Source: Craspedostauros australis (taxonomy: Eukaryota). From it: 36,751 bases of DNA. This document shows positions 12,246 through 24,330 of the stretch, piece by piece. A model generated the notes under the pieces. That model had not been told where the DNA came from. It saw only the letters and a program-made list of their open reading frames with translations, and did not search any database. The position numbers and the translations under genes were made by a program. Location: assembly GCA_030167865.1 (NCBI GenBank), contig JALAGF010006081.1, positions 1 through 36,751 on the forward strand, read 5' to 3'. Position 1 is the first letter of the stretch; every line of letters starts with the position of its first letter.

Positions 12246-13326
12246 TCATACTTCGGAATCCTTCGGTCCGCTTGTAGTGGCAGGTGCTAGCGGGGACATG
12301 CTGGCAGCTGCGCTCTGGTTTTGCGTGTTGGATGTGTTCATTTCTTCGCTACTCGTGCAGCATTCCTCGTTCATCTGGCTAGAGAAGCAATTGGCGTTCT
12401 CCGTGACGGACACGCGGCGTTCTTTGGCTTCGTCCTCGAGGAAGCTGCAGCATGGATTGGTTGTGATGTGCGGGTGTTGATCATCCGCGAACATGAGGTA
12501 TCCGATGGCAAGGCCGACGATGACGCAAAGGAAGAGCTCGATGGAGAAGGTCATCGTTGCGAGCATGAGGATGTATCCCGTGGTGGCGTGCACCCCGTGA
12601 AGGCCTGTTCGTAATGCTCGCAAGACGTGGGTATCCTGACCTGTCTCAGATCCTCTTGCCTGTCTCGCGAATTTATGCCGCCACACGGAAATCGCCTCGG
12701 TGAGGATGGCGAGCCCGATCACTCCGAACATGGCGGCGACGACCTTGCCGCGGGTATCCAACGTCCATCCGGGGAAGTAGAGGTTGAGACATGTATTGCC
12801 ATCCTTCAGTGCCCAGCGGAAGCCATCCATGAACCTGTGATTTCCGGGAGAGGAGGACGTATGGTAGGTTCGGTGTTGAATAGATTGGATGTCATCGGAG
12901 GTGGATGCATGAGAGAGAGAGAGAGCGAGAGAGAGAGAGATGATAGGAGGAAAGAGTACGCTGATGGTGAGCAGGGGACTTCGAACATCTTTCATTCGTT
13001 GCTGTCAGGCAAGCGCTTTCCAGCATCGGCATGAAACAGGGCTGTGGCTACCGTTGCATGTATAATATAATATTCGATAATATAATACATGTGAGTAGAT
13101 ATCGCAAAAGGGGGAATGCAATACGGTATGTATAGTAGCAACGTAGGCAGCACGCAAGTCAGAACATCCCGTTCATCCATCCGTTTTTAATTCGTCGTCT
13201 CACTCACATCGTCATGGCCATTTCTTTGTTGCAGAAGCCATCGGATGACATGCCCGAGCCGTGACCTCCATGGTCACCATGTCCCTCGTGACTCCCCATG
13301 TTGTCCATGTTGTCCATGTTATTCAT
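12246..13326 (-). CDS. CTR: Ctr/SLC31 copper transporter; exons 13326-13208 and 12834-12246
   Basis: Met/His-rich N-terminus (MNNMDNMDNMGSHEGHGDHGGHG..MAMTM). A GTGAGT..CACAG intron joins to FMDGF. Three TM segments with MxxxM (MLATM) and GxxxG (GLAIG), plus Cys pairs in the tail. The start codon is the most plausible one, not proven. Confidence 0.88.
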
Positions 13327-14781
13327 GCTTGATTGTTTGTTGTTTGTTGCGTCTTGCGTGTTTGTTGTGAATGTGGCGCTCCGATTGAATACCTCTGGCG
13401 ATTTTGTGAGGGGTCTGTGCTCGTGTTGGCACTGGACACGGAGCGCGGCGGCATGAACAGGGCGCAACCAACAAGGACGAGTACGCCGAAGGAACTGAGT
13501 GATGATGGGTGCGCAGCATTCTGTGCAGCGGGAAAGTGTGGCTCTGTGTGTCTGTGGATTGTTTCTGTTTCTTGTTCTTGTTTGGCGTTTTGTGTTGCGT
13601 TGTGTCGCGGATGGCGAAGTGGTGGTTCGAGTTAGTTGGCGGATCCAGAAGTGACCCAGAGAGCCCACGGCGAATCGAGGTACTGGTTGGACCCATGATT
13701 CCATGATGTTCCGATTTCAACTTGATTGCAGACTCTAGCGGCTGGCAGAAAAGCTGGAAATGTATCCGCACTTGTTGGTAACTTGTGACTCTTCGTCTTC
13801 TTCTCTCTCTCTCTCCCCCCTATCCGATGTTGTCATTGCATGCAGCGGCCCCCCTTGCGATTGAGATCTTGTGGGTAGAGACGCTCGAACTTCTACCAGC
13901 ACTACGATCTAATCCACCCACCTCGGTTGGCCATTGTGCAACGTTACAACCAATATTGCATCAAACGTCGCCAAGCTCCGAAGAACGACATCTGGGGAGG
14001 GCAACGCAGAGCGATTCTATCGAGAGCTCTGGAAGTCATGGTCCGCTGATTGTTTGCGTCATTCATTCCTCGACTCTGCGAGCTACAACAAAGTATAGGA
14101 GCACAACTGCCATACGAACTTGTGCGCATACGAGCTATTATACATACGACACCAACTCCAATCGCAATGAGGGGCAGAGCAAGAACTGGCCGGTTCGTCA
14201 CTCGTGCCAAGGGAACGGAAGAACATTCGCAGTTACGTTGCACAGGGCGACCATCCTAGTTTCCCAGCATCCCCTCGAAACGAGTGGCAAGGCAGAAACT
14301 CCTTCTCGCTTGACTGCACATCAATCGCAAACTGAATTCGGAGCTCTGAACTGGCGCGAAAGAGAGATAATATTACAGAGCATGGTGCCTCATTTTCCAA
14401 AGACCTCTGGCCAGGGTCCTGAAAGAACATCTTGATACGGGCTGCCTCCGCTCTTTGTTTTGGCGCCCTGGGAATGCACGCGATCATACCTACAGGCATC
14501 CACAGAAAAATAGTTAGCTCTCTGTAAAACTAACTTGTTTGTTCTTGCTGTAAGAATGATTGTATGAATTGAGACGAAATCAAGCGCTTTTTTCAATAGC
14601 TCTTCAAGAATCGGTAGAATGATGCCACCAAAGAAGGAAAGCGGAAAAGTGGACGCTGGACCGACACACAGATCCACAAGGCGCAACCAACACTCATCGA
14701 AAGACATCAAGTAGGATACGCATTATACGATGCAATAAGAATCGGCCTTGCTGAGCCAACGGCCACCCCCCCCCCTTTGCA

Positions 14782-16782
14782 ATGGAGGCCAATCAACGAA
14801 GAAGAGGTTGGAAGCGCCGCAGGGTTCCTATCTTTTCTGAAAGTGAAAGCGACGACAGCAACGAAAACGAAAACGATCGCGGAGGTGAAGGAGACAGAGT
14901 CGCCGGTATCACAACCTCCAACCAAGGGGGTGGCAGCAACAGCTCGACCCAACACAATCAGCATTCATCCGCATTGCAAGCATCCACTGAGGCCACGTCC
15001 AACACGACGGTAGCAAGTGCGAATCAGCAAGAGCAAGGGCAGGAGTCCCAACAGAATGGCTTGCTGGAAGATACTGATGACGACGAGGAAGACAGCGATA
15101 TCGCAAAAGTTCTGCGTTCAAGATCGAATGTGGCCCAAGCAGAAGCATCTCGCGAAAATGTGCAAGACGGAGGATCGGTGAGACTACGGCCTTGGAGCAC
15201 GCAACCACCGCCTACTGGGATGACACATAAGTTCCTTTCAAACTGGAGTTTGGGGGATGCCAACAGAGCCCATTCCGATGACCCAGCGGACACAAGCGAG
15301 GAATCGTCTGATTGGAACCCGCGCAGTGGTTGGAACGTGCGTGACATTTGGGACTTCGATGGCAGTTCAGATGAAATCGAAGGTGAAAGTGAAAGTGACA
15401 ACGAAAGCGACTGTGACAGTAATAGTGACAAGAATCAAGCGTGCGTTAACACAGACAGCCCCGAACTGAAGGAAATCAAGGCGAGCGTTCCTCTGGAATG
15501 CGTGCGCAGGATCATGGAGTATTCCGACGTTCGGTCCGTTCGTGTATTGGCCAATACGAGCAACGCGATGAGGAAGTTTGTGTCCTACGAACTGGTCATA
15601 CGAAGTGCGTTGCTGGGGCTGTGTCCTGATGCAAGAGGTGCTGACAACGATATCATTTCCAATGAAAAGGCGCGCGAACGAATGACACAAGTCATGGTTG
15701 GTATCGAGCAGATATCGGTCATCATGCCGTCTCCGGTGCGGCTGCTGGCGTTGCTCTGCGGCAGAAAATGCGAGATACCTTGGTGCAACAGACCAACGCC
15801 CTCTCTTCTGTGCTTCGATGCCGCGATATGCGTGTGCGACCAGTGCCAGGAGTACCTCACCGTTCCTGGAAGTCATTTTAAATTTCCCAATGCTGCCGAA
15901 GCCTACCGCGCACGAATTCCAAGAATGGACATCAATAACTCGATTTGGAGAGCCCCGCATGTACCTCACGGAAGCTCGGAACGAGCTGGCCCAATCGCAA
16001 CGCTCGCCGACCTTGACAAGCTTCTTCGTGAAGAGATAAACGTGGCAACTTTGAACCGCCGCATGAATTTGGGCGCAAGACGCAGGATCAAGACGGTCTG
16101 GGACAAAACAACGCAGTTGGTTTCCGCCTGCGACGCAGATCGGACTCGGATCATGCGTCACAACCGAGAAAGGAAACACAAGGTGGCACGAGATCAGATC
16201 ATGGAAGGTCTGGAAGCAGATCATGCTGAGGCGGCTTGGACGCAAAGTGTTTTCCGGCGTGACGAGTTTGGTCGCTTCGCACATCCCGTGATATCGTCTC
16301 AAATAGAGCACTTAATTTCCAGGTCGCGTGGTACATCGACGACGCAGCTCGTGGAATTCGCAAGGAACCTTGTTTTGTCCTTTGCGCCCATCTTGAACGA
16401 GATCGCAGTTGTTGGACTCTCCAACTTGTCCATCTTCGACTCGCGCAGTCTGGGTGTCGTCGAATCCATTCTGGTTGCCAGATGGAAGAAGCAGCTCAAG
16501 ACCAACCCGTTGTTCGTGTACGACAACATCCGACACACAGACGACCAGGATGATATCATGGAGGATCCATTCCTGGCCATCGCCAAGTTCATGTTTGGAT
16601 CCCGTTGCAAGGAGAAGGCGGTGCGCATGGCTCTCGAGGAACCGACCTCCACCGTCAGCCTTCGTCCATACATGGACTCGAGTCTTCACACGTACTGTCT
16701 CCGATCCAGGCAGAGATGCAGCACCTTCTCAGAGAGTTGCGACATCGTGTACAAGCGGATGGTGGAAACCTATGGGATGTAA
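14782..16782 (+). CDS. Hypothetical protein: acidic disordered N-terminus, F-box-like motif, Cys cluster
   Basis: 666-aa ATG-started ORF. VPLECVRRIMEYSDVRSVRVLANTSNAMR resembles an F-box and is followed by CGRKCEIPWC..CVCDQC. Confidence 0.65.
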   Translation: MEANQRRRGWKRRRVPIFSESESDDSNENENDRGGEGDRVAGITTSNQGGGSNSSTQHNQHSSALQASTEATSNTTVASANQQEQGQESQQNGLLEDTDDDEEDSDIAKVLRSRSNVAQAEASRENVQDGGSVRLRPWSTQPPPTGMTHKFLSNWSLGDANRAHSDDPADTSEESSDWNPRSGWNVRDIWDFDGSSDEIEGESESDNESDCDSNSDKNQACVNTDSPELKEIKASVPLECVRRIMEYSDVRSVRVLANTSNAMRKFVSYELVIRSALLGLCPDARGADNDIISNEKARERMTQVMVGIEQISVIMPSPVRLLALLCGRKCEIPWCNRPTPSLLCFDAAICVCDQCQEYLTVPGSHFKFPNAAEAYRARIPRMDINNSIWRAPHVPHGSSERAGPIATLADLDKLLREEINVATLNRRMNLGARRRIKTVWDKTTQLVSACDADRTRIMRHNRERKHKVARDQIMEGLEADHAEAAWTQSVFRRDEFGRFAHPVISSQIEHLISRSRGTSTTQLVEFARNLVLSFAPILNEIAVVGLSNLSIFDSRSLGVVESILVARWKKQLKTNPLFVYDNIRHTDDQDDIMEDPFLAIAKFMFGSRCKEKAVRMALEEPTSTVSLRPYMDSSLHTYCLRSRQRCSTFSESCDIVYKRMVETYGM

Positions 16783-17349
16783 CGCAACCATTACATGGTA
16801 TACTATGATGTATTAGATCTGAAGGTTGTAACGATAAGTGTCATGCACCTGCGTTGTGTCCATAGTCGCACAGGCGCGATCTTCCCCTTGTGACGGCTAT
16901 CTTGGTCACACGTAGAGCATGTTTTCTCACCAACACGAATGGAAACGGACAGATGTAGTCCTGTAGAGCGGAGAGCACCAACCACGAATGGATCAAACAC
17001 GATCAAACGGACGGAGAATCTTCCTCCTCGTTGTCACGAACAAAAAATGCTGTAAATCTGGCGGAAGGAGACAGACACACCATCAGCAACACGAAGAAAT
17101 GTCTCAACAGGGAGCAACGCAAAGCGGCACCAAGAGCGAGGAGAGAAGGAGAAATGCACGAAGACTGAGAAGGGCGCCAACGGTTTGCCAAACGCACAAA
17201 ATCCGACACAAGGAGAAGATCCAACCAAGTCCATTCAAGTCCAACCAAGTCCAACTGATGCATTGATCAAGAGTGCGAAGTGCCTTGAGACGATACTTGT
17301 ACCAACAGCAATAGCAATAGCAACGGAAACAGCAAGAGGAAGAGCAACC

Positions 17350-19799
17350 ATGTCACCTCAACCAAGCGCCAAACCAGGCGAAACGCTGGACAACCCAACG
17401 GCCAGCAAGACCATGGACTTCAACAACGATTACATCCTGGAGAACAAGCTGCGATCAGGAAGCTACGGAGTCGTCTGGACGACGAAGCACAAGACGACGA
17501 ACAGCGAGTACGCCGTCAAGGTCGTCGACCGCTCCAAGCTGAAGAAGAAGGACGACGACGGCATCTCGCGCGAGGTCGGCGTGCTGCGGGATCTGCGGGA
17601 TGTGGAGAACATCGTGCGGCTGATTGATTTCTACGAGGATCCCAAGCGCTTCTTCATCGTGCAGTTCTTCGCGCGCGGCGGCGACGTCTTCGATCGGTTG
17701 GCGAAGCGCGTGTCGTACACCGAGAAGGATGCGCGCGATCTGGCGGTCACCCTGCTGGAAACCATGCGCCATCTGCACGAGCGCAAGCTGTGCCATCGCG
17801 ACATGAAGCCGGAGAATCTGCTGCTCAAGGACAACATCGACGACACGGGCATCCTCATCGCGGACTTTGGCTTTGCGACCTACGTGCCGCAGGGTGGCCT
17901 CAAGACGCGGTGCGGAACGCCGGCCTTCGTGGCGCCGGAAATCCTCGTGGGATCCAAGTACGACGAGAAGGTGGACATGTGGAGCGTCGGCTGCTTGCTG
18001 TATATGATCATCGGGGGGTACCCGCCCTTCCAGGACGAAGCGCAGCGCGGTCTCTTCCGCAAGATCCGCGCGGCGGATTTCACCTTCCATGATGTGTACT
18101 GGAAGAACGTCAGTATCCACGCCAAGCAGCTCATCTCCAAGCTCCTCACAGTGGACCCCACGTTCCGTCTCGATGCCAAGGAGGCACTCACCACGTCCTG
18201 GTTGCAGATGAAGGTCGACAGCTTGTCCAGCCGCGATTTGTCATCGTCTCTCGGCGAGATCAAGCGATTCAACGCCCGCCGCAAGCTCAAGTCGGCTGTG
18301 CATGCCGTCATGTGGTCGTTGGGCACGGCGTTCCGCTTTGAGAAGGTCAGCGACCTGACGAGGGAGGCCGATGCGATCGATGACAAGAATCCCAAGCTCT
18401 CCGCGGCCAAGGTCGGGGACAAGCAGAGCACGCAATTCAACATCTCCAAGACGAACAAAAAGAGATTCGAGGACCTGTACGACCTCGGTGACAGGCTCCA
18501 TCGCGGTTCCTTCGCGACCGTCAAGAAGTGCAGGCACAAGGAATGGAAGCAGGATTACGCGGTCAAAATCATCAAGCGCGATCCCTCCAAGGCCAGCACC
18601 GATTACTCCGTCATGCACGAGGTCGCAGTCATGAACCAGATGGATCACGCGCACATCGTCAAGGTCATCGACTTCTTCGAGGAGCCCGATTACTACTTCA
18701 TCGTCATGGAGCTCATGAGCGGCGGCGACGTCTTCGACCGCATCGTCGACATGGATCAGTACACGGAGAAGGACGCGCGCGATCTGGCAAAGATCCTGCT
18801 CGAGGCTGTGGAATACATGCACACCAAGGGCATGGCGCATCGTGACTTGAAACCGCAAAATCTCCTCCTCGCCTCCAAGGAGGACAACGCCACCATCAAG
18901 ATTGCCGATTTTGGTTTCGCATCCAAGGTGCACACGCCCAAATCCTTGACATCGCGATGCGGAACGGTACGTTGTGCACAACAGAACTGAGCTGAACTGA
19001 ATTGCACTGGACTGGATTGAGCTGGACTGGACTGAGCTGAAAATTGGATTACTGTGATCTGCTCCATTATGTTTGTTACGTGTTGATACCGTGTGTGGTG
19101 GCGTGGAACTGTGTTTTTGTGTGAATCCATCCATTCTTCCAATCGAATCCATGTGAAGTGTCTTCGACTTCCGCGATCCTTCTCGCACACTTGTCGTCGC
19201 AACACATAATGCCTCACACACTGACATTGTCCAACAAATGCATGCTTCCTTCACGAAACCATGCCATGCCATCCTCTTCACTTCTCTCTGCGCATGTATA
19301 TGTGGTATCTGCGTTTGCGCAGCCGAGCTACGTGGCGCCAGAAATCTTGAAGAACATTCCTTACGATCAGTCCTGTGACATGTGGAGCGTCGGTGTGATC
19401 CTCTATGTGCTGCTGTGCGGATACCTCCCCTTTGGTGACGAGAGCCAGGAGAAGATGTTCCAACGCATCAAGCACGGCGAATGGACCTTCGACAAGGATG
19501 ACTGGGCACACGTGTCCGATGATGCCAAGAACCTCATCTCCCAGTTGCTCGTCATCCACCCAGACACACGTATCACAGCGGCACATGCGCTGCGTTCGAA
19601 ATGGATCCGTGAGGATGACGCCTCCTTGAGTAGCCGCGATCTATCGCAGAGTCTCATCGCCATCAAGGAGAAGCGACCACGCTTGCGCGATGTCGCACGC
19701 GCCTTCATGGCCTTCTCCGCACTCGGAACGGCGACCAAGAACGCGTTGGGCGGACTCAATCCCATCCAGGATGAGGAAGGATCCCATCAGCTGATGTAA
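17350..19799 (+). CDS. CaMK-family Ser/Thr kinase with two tandem kinase domains; exons 17350-18966 and 19323-19799
   Basis: Two sets of YAVK, HRDxKPxN, DFG and CGTPxxVAPE. The GTACGT..GCAG intron restores CGTPSYVAPE. A CaMKII-like KRFNARRKLK segment follows domain 1. Confidence 0.92.
18984..19040. repeat. Degenerate pentanucleotide repeat (GAACT/GGACT) in the kinase intron
   Basis: gaactgagctgaactgaattgcactggactggattgagctggactggactgagctga. Confidence 0.7.
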
Positions 19800-20753
19800 C
19801 GTGAGAGTGTCCAGATGCGCAACCGGGCATTGTTGAATGAAACATCATGCACTGCTGTGTGCAGCACGGAATCTTCTTCAGGCGCTTGGCTGCACATCAT
19901 GGATCCGTCATTCTCATCAAGTGCAGCTTCAGGCCGTATCGTGGAGTCTGATTGCACGAGCTTCCAACTCTTTTGTCAGTATTGCTGCTTGCGTGGTATG
20001 GTCCGCTTGGTAACAGCATCAAACCACGATAGTAGCATCCCCTTCCTCTTGTTCGTTATGACACGTATGCCGCCATCAATCATCGTCACGTGCGGCAGGA
20101 GTACATCGTAGTCATGTTTGGAAACCTGTTTGCACCCACTGAATGGTCAATTGTGGCTGTTCTCAAAGTCTTGTGCAGAGCAGTTCCTCTTGCTGCATAA
20201 GCATTGGTATGATCAAAGAGCAGTTTCTGTGAGGCAGGTAGGCATGCAAGTTGTCGATGCCAACAGTTTCAGCTATGTGGTGATGCGATTGCGGTTGTGT
20301 GGGTGTGCAATCGACGACCAAGATTGGTTTCTGTTCTGTCGTCTTGCCGAAATCTTCGAACCGTCCGTATCAGATTTTGTGAGTGCGTTGCTTCAGTGTT
20401 TGGTGACTGTTCTCATTGGAGCCATCGACGTCATGCGAACGAATTGGGCACACGTACCGCTTCTTGCAGCCAATCACAGTCTTCGAATTTATCACGGGAC
20501 TCGTTGTGGGCGACGTTGTCGCACATGACTGAGGTTCAGTCACGTATGCTCGTTGGTGCTCTTGTTGGGGGCGCAACAACAACAACGATTCCACCGTCGT
20601 ACGACTGGAAATCCAACGACACACGAGGCCATCGTGGCACAGTCATCTTTCGCTTTCCTCGACCACGCACGCGTCATTGTTGTTTGTTGGTTTTGCGCCG
20701 CAAACGCTTGCGATCTGGACCACGTTCTCTCTCTTCGCGCAACTGCAACGCAT

Positions 20754-20797
20754 CAACAACAACAACGACGACGACGACGACAACAACAACAACAACA
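20754..20797. repeat. (CAA)n(CGA)n(CAA)n microsatellite
   Basis: Directly visible trinucleotide runs upstream of the carrier gene. Confidence 0.85.
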
Positions 20798-21054
20798 GAT
20801 CACATCAAACAGCAGACTCTCCAATTGCGACGTCTGCGCTCACCTCTCATCTTGTCATCACAACAATACGAAATCGAACAAACATCATCGACATCGACTG
20901 ATTCCGTTCCGAACACAAAACAAGAGACACAACCCCATTCCCCAAATCGACATCACACGGCATCCTGATCGTTCCATTCGCACGTTTGCATTTCTGCTCA
21001 GCTCCTCATTCACGCGGGCATCCATCCATCCATCTATCCATCAAATAAATCAAC

Positions 21055-21990
21055 ATGTCATCCAAGGGAGACTACTTCGTCGTTCAAAAGTCTGGGCTTT
21101 CCCAGGCACAGGCCATGACTGCCTACCTCGGAGGTAGCGCCTTCCAGACCATCATGGACAACCCCGTGACTGCCTACCGTCAGCTCGTGCAGCAGTACGC
21201 CAAGGACGCCGCCGGCAAACCAGTCGACCCCAAGATCGCCAGCTCGGAGGCCAAGGCAGTCTTCCGCGCCGCTCCAGTGCAGGCCAGTCTCAGCGGAGTC
21301 GGACCACGGTTGATCGGCGTCGGTTTCAAGCGCATTCCAAAATTCGGAATCCTTCTCGGCATCTCATTTTTCCTCGGCGAGGGCGAGAGCCCAGGTGCCG
21401 TGGCAGCCACCGGTGCCTCCATCCTCTCAGCTCCCTTCATCAACCCAATCCGCATGATCGAGAAGCAGCAGAGAGCGTACTTCAAGCAGACCGGCGCCGT
21501 CAAGCCCATTGCCGAGATCCTCAAAGAATCCGCCGCGCAGAGATTTGCGCCGCTGTTCCGCGGAACCATTCCGCTCATGGGACACTCGCTGGCCAGCGCG
21601 CTGCTGGGTCTCGTCGGGCAGCCCAAGCTCCAAAAATACATCCAGAGGGAACTCGGCGACAAGACCAGCATGGGCCGTGCCGCCACCGGACTCATCGCGT
21701 CCGCCGTCGTCTCCCCCATCTACGTCTGCGTCACGAACCCTCTCTCGCGTCTGGAAGTCATCATGCAGACGAGCTCCATCTCCGGCAAGGCCTACACCGT
21801 CACGGGCGCCATCAAGGAGGTCATTGCCGATTCCGCCAAGTTCGGTCTGCGCGGCATCTTCCGCGGACAGGGCATCGGCATTGCCAAGGCCGTCATCAGT
21901 CTCACCCTCTTCCACGAAGGACGCATCGCCCTTCAGGAAGCCTTCAAGACTTACAACATCGACAACGGACATTTCGCGCCAGAAAACTAA
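21055..21990 (+). CDS. Mitochondrial carrier (SLC25)-like protein
   Basis: 311 aa with three repeats of about 100 aa, each with a helix-Pro motif, and an FRGQG motif. Strong GC3 codon bias. Confidence 0.78.
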   Translation: MSSKGDYFVVQKSGLSQAQAMTAYLGGSAFQTIMDNPVTAYRQLVQQYAKDAAGKPVDPKIASSEAKAVFRAAPVQASLSGVGPRLIGVGFKRIPKFGILLGISFFLGEGESPGAVAATGASILSAPFINPIRMIEKQQRAYFKQTGAVKPIAEILKESAAQRFAPLFRGTIPLMGHSLASALLGLVGQPKLQKYIQRELGDKTSMGRAATGLIASAVVSPIYVCVTNPLSRLEVIMQTSSISGKAYTVTGAIKEVIADSAKFGLRGIFRGQGIGIAKAVISLTLFHEGRIALQEAFKTYNIDNGHFAPEN

Positions 21991-22680
21991 ATTGAAACTG
22001 AAATTCACCTCTCAAACACTCCGGAGTGCAACACGTGTCATGGAAGAACAATGAACAGGGGTATTCCAGGTCAACTCTAACGCACTCGCAGGTGCGTCAC
22101 CCAAATATTACTGCACCCGCTACATTCCCGACATTTGCTGAGCAACGGATCTTCCGTCTGAGATTTCTTCGAAGGATCGCTTCATCGTCATCGTCATCCG
22201 AAAACGAATCAACTGGCCAAGACTATCTCTTTTCCGGCAATGTTCCAAGAACGAATGCAGCAACATGCGCACTGTGACCAAGAACTTGTTGATTTCTTAC
22301 GCAGCAGCAATAGCCGCAACAACAACAGCATCACTCTACTACAACATAATATAACTATTGTAGAACATATCGTGCAAGTACGAACATGAGCCTGCGTCAT
22401 CGTGCGCATGTGGATGGAGATCATATTGACCTATCTTCTTTCTCGCATCGATACAGTTTATCCGCCGTGCCCACAATCACGCGGTTGCGACAACGACAAC
22501 GACAGACATGAAGCTGCGTGCACACATCCAAGCGGCACAATCAGACGCAACGGACCTCCACGTATCATTTCTACTTCATGTTGAGCGCTACATACGTACA
22601 AATACAAGCGGACCGTTATGTAATACGCAATTGAGTACTTTGTCTTAATCTACCATGTGTTATGTTCATGCAAAAACAAT

Positions 22681-24330
22681 TTAGAACGAGCCTCCGCTGA
22701 GGTAGTTCTTGAGCATGGCCAGCGACTCTTCCGGCTTGTCGGATGGCACCATGTGACCGGCATCGTAGACCTGCAGGAAGGTGAGACCATTGGCGGTGCG
22801 CGCCAATCCGATGTCCTCCCACTCGTGCTCGTCGGCGTTGCGGAAGTCGTCGCCGCCGGACCACTTGAGCTCGTGCGTCCAGGCCTTGTTGCCGAGGTAG
22901 TTGCAGATGAAGTCGACGTCGCCGGCATATATCAAGGCCGTGATGCCATCCTCGAGCATGTCGACGATGTACCCGGAGAAGTCCTTCATCCAGTCGACGT
23001 GGAACTTGAGGTTGATGCCCATGTTGCACGAATCCCAACGATGGGCGTGCTTCTTGTTGACGTTGAGCGCCTCCTGGGTGGAGTCCTTGTTGAGCCACTT
23101 TTGGACGTTGGAGAAGTCGTAGCACAGAGGTGGCTTTTCGCACTTCTTGCGGATGTCGTACGGGTTCAATCCTGTCATCTGGTACGGCGACGTGAGTCCC
23201 GTGTTGCAAAGGATGAACGCGGTCTGGCAGGCAAACTCGTCGACCATGCCGTCGCCCTCGTTGCATTTGGCGATGAGCTTGGTGCATTCGGGGACGACGC
23301 CCTTCATGCTGTTGTAGGTGCCCTCGTCGACGACCTTGATGCCGTGCGAGTTGTTCCACACCATCTCTGGGTACCACTTGTACTGCTCCTCTGGCTTGGT
23401 GAGGCCGTTGCCGACGGAGACGCCGGTGAGCTTGAGCGGGATGGTGCCCTCCGCGGCAGCCTTGTTGCCCTTCCATGTGCGATGGGCAATGGCAGGTGCG
23501 TAATGTCCTCCGTAGGACTCGCCGATGATGTAGAGGGGAGAGTCGGCGTACTCCGAATGGGTCTGGAAGAAGGCCTGGAGGAAGTAGTAGGCATCCTCGC
23601 TGATCATCTCTTCGTTCTTGTCGTTCTCGGTTCCGTAGGAGAAGCCGACGCCGGCGGGCTGATCGAGCCACAGGACGTGGGCGGCCTCCGTCCAGGAGTA
23701 CGGGTTGACGGAGGTGCCTTCGCCGTCCTCGTTGACGCTGCAGGGGCCGTTCTCGCTGAGGAGCGCGAGCGTGGAGGAGCATCCCGGCCCGCCGGTGAGC
23801 CAAACCACGAACGGCACGACTCCATCAGCCGCGGGGTCGTGGTTGCGCTTCTCGAACATCCAGAAGAAGAGGTGCTTGTCCTCGCCGTCCTGGTCGTACT
23901 TGGATCCCTTGACGTCCATGTAGCCGGACATGGACTTGCTGGACGCATCGCAGATGTCGGAGTCCACCGGGTCCGACTTGAAGTGGACGGTGGTGCTCGC
24001 GGAGGCGTCATCGCCGGTCGCGAAGGTGAACAGGTTCTTCGCCTGGTTCTGTTCTTGGCTGGGCGACTCGCACTGGAAGACGGAGGGTGGCACCAGCTGG
24101 GCCTGCTCGGAGCTCAAGCACTTGGATGGCACAGCCTGGCAGGTGCACCACTCGCATGCTTCGCCCGTGCTGTCATCTGTTGCAGACAAGCACGATCTGC
24201 GGCTGCTGTTGTCGTTGCACGACGACTCCGCCTGCAGGTTGCGGCGCAGGTTGGGCTGCGGCTCGTCTGCCGACACGGCGGCGGCCGTCGCAGCGAGGAA
24301 GCTGAGGAGGGTCTGGTGGATGATCTTCAT
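22681..24330 (-). CDS. Secreted or vacuolar serine carboxypeptidase (peptidase S10)
   Basis: Signal peptide MKIIHQTLLSFLAATAAAVSA, WLTGGPGCSS, DQPAGVGFS, catalytic GESYGG, GDVDFIC and AGHMVP. Small Cys-rich pro-region. Confidence 0.93.
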   Translation of the reverse strand: MKIIHQTLLSFLAATAAAVSADEPQPNLRRNLQAESSCNDNSSRRSCLSATDDSTGEACEWCTCQAVPSKCLSSEQAQLVPPSVFQCESPSQEQNQAKNLFTFATGDDASASTTVHFKSDPVDSDICDASSKSMSGYMDVKGSKYDQDGEDKHLFFWMFEKRNHDPAADGVVPFVVWLTGGPGCSSTLALLSENGPCSVNEDGEGTSVNPYSWTEAAHVLWLDQPAGVGFSYGTENDKNEEMISEDAYYFLQAFFQTHSEYADSPLYIIGESYGGHYAPAIAHRTWKGNKAAAEGTIPLKLTGVSVGNGLTKPEEQYKWYPEMVWNNSHGIKVVDEGTYNSMKGVVPECTKLIAKCNEGDGMVDEFACQTAFILCNTGLTSPYQMTGLNPYDIRKKCEKPPLCYDFSNVQKWLNKDSTQEALNVNKKHAHRWDSCNMGINLKFHVDWMKDFSGYIVDMLEDGITALIYAGDVDFICNYLGNKAWTHELKWSGGDDFRNADEHEWEDIGLARTANGLTFLQVYDAGHMVPSDKPEESLAMLKNYLSGGSF

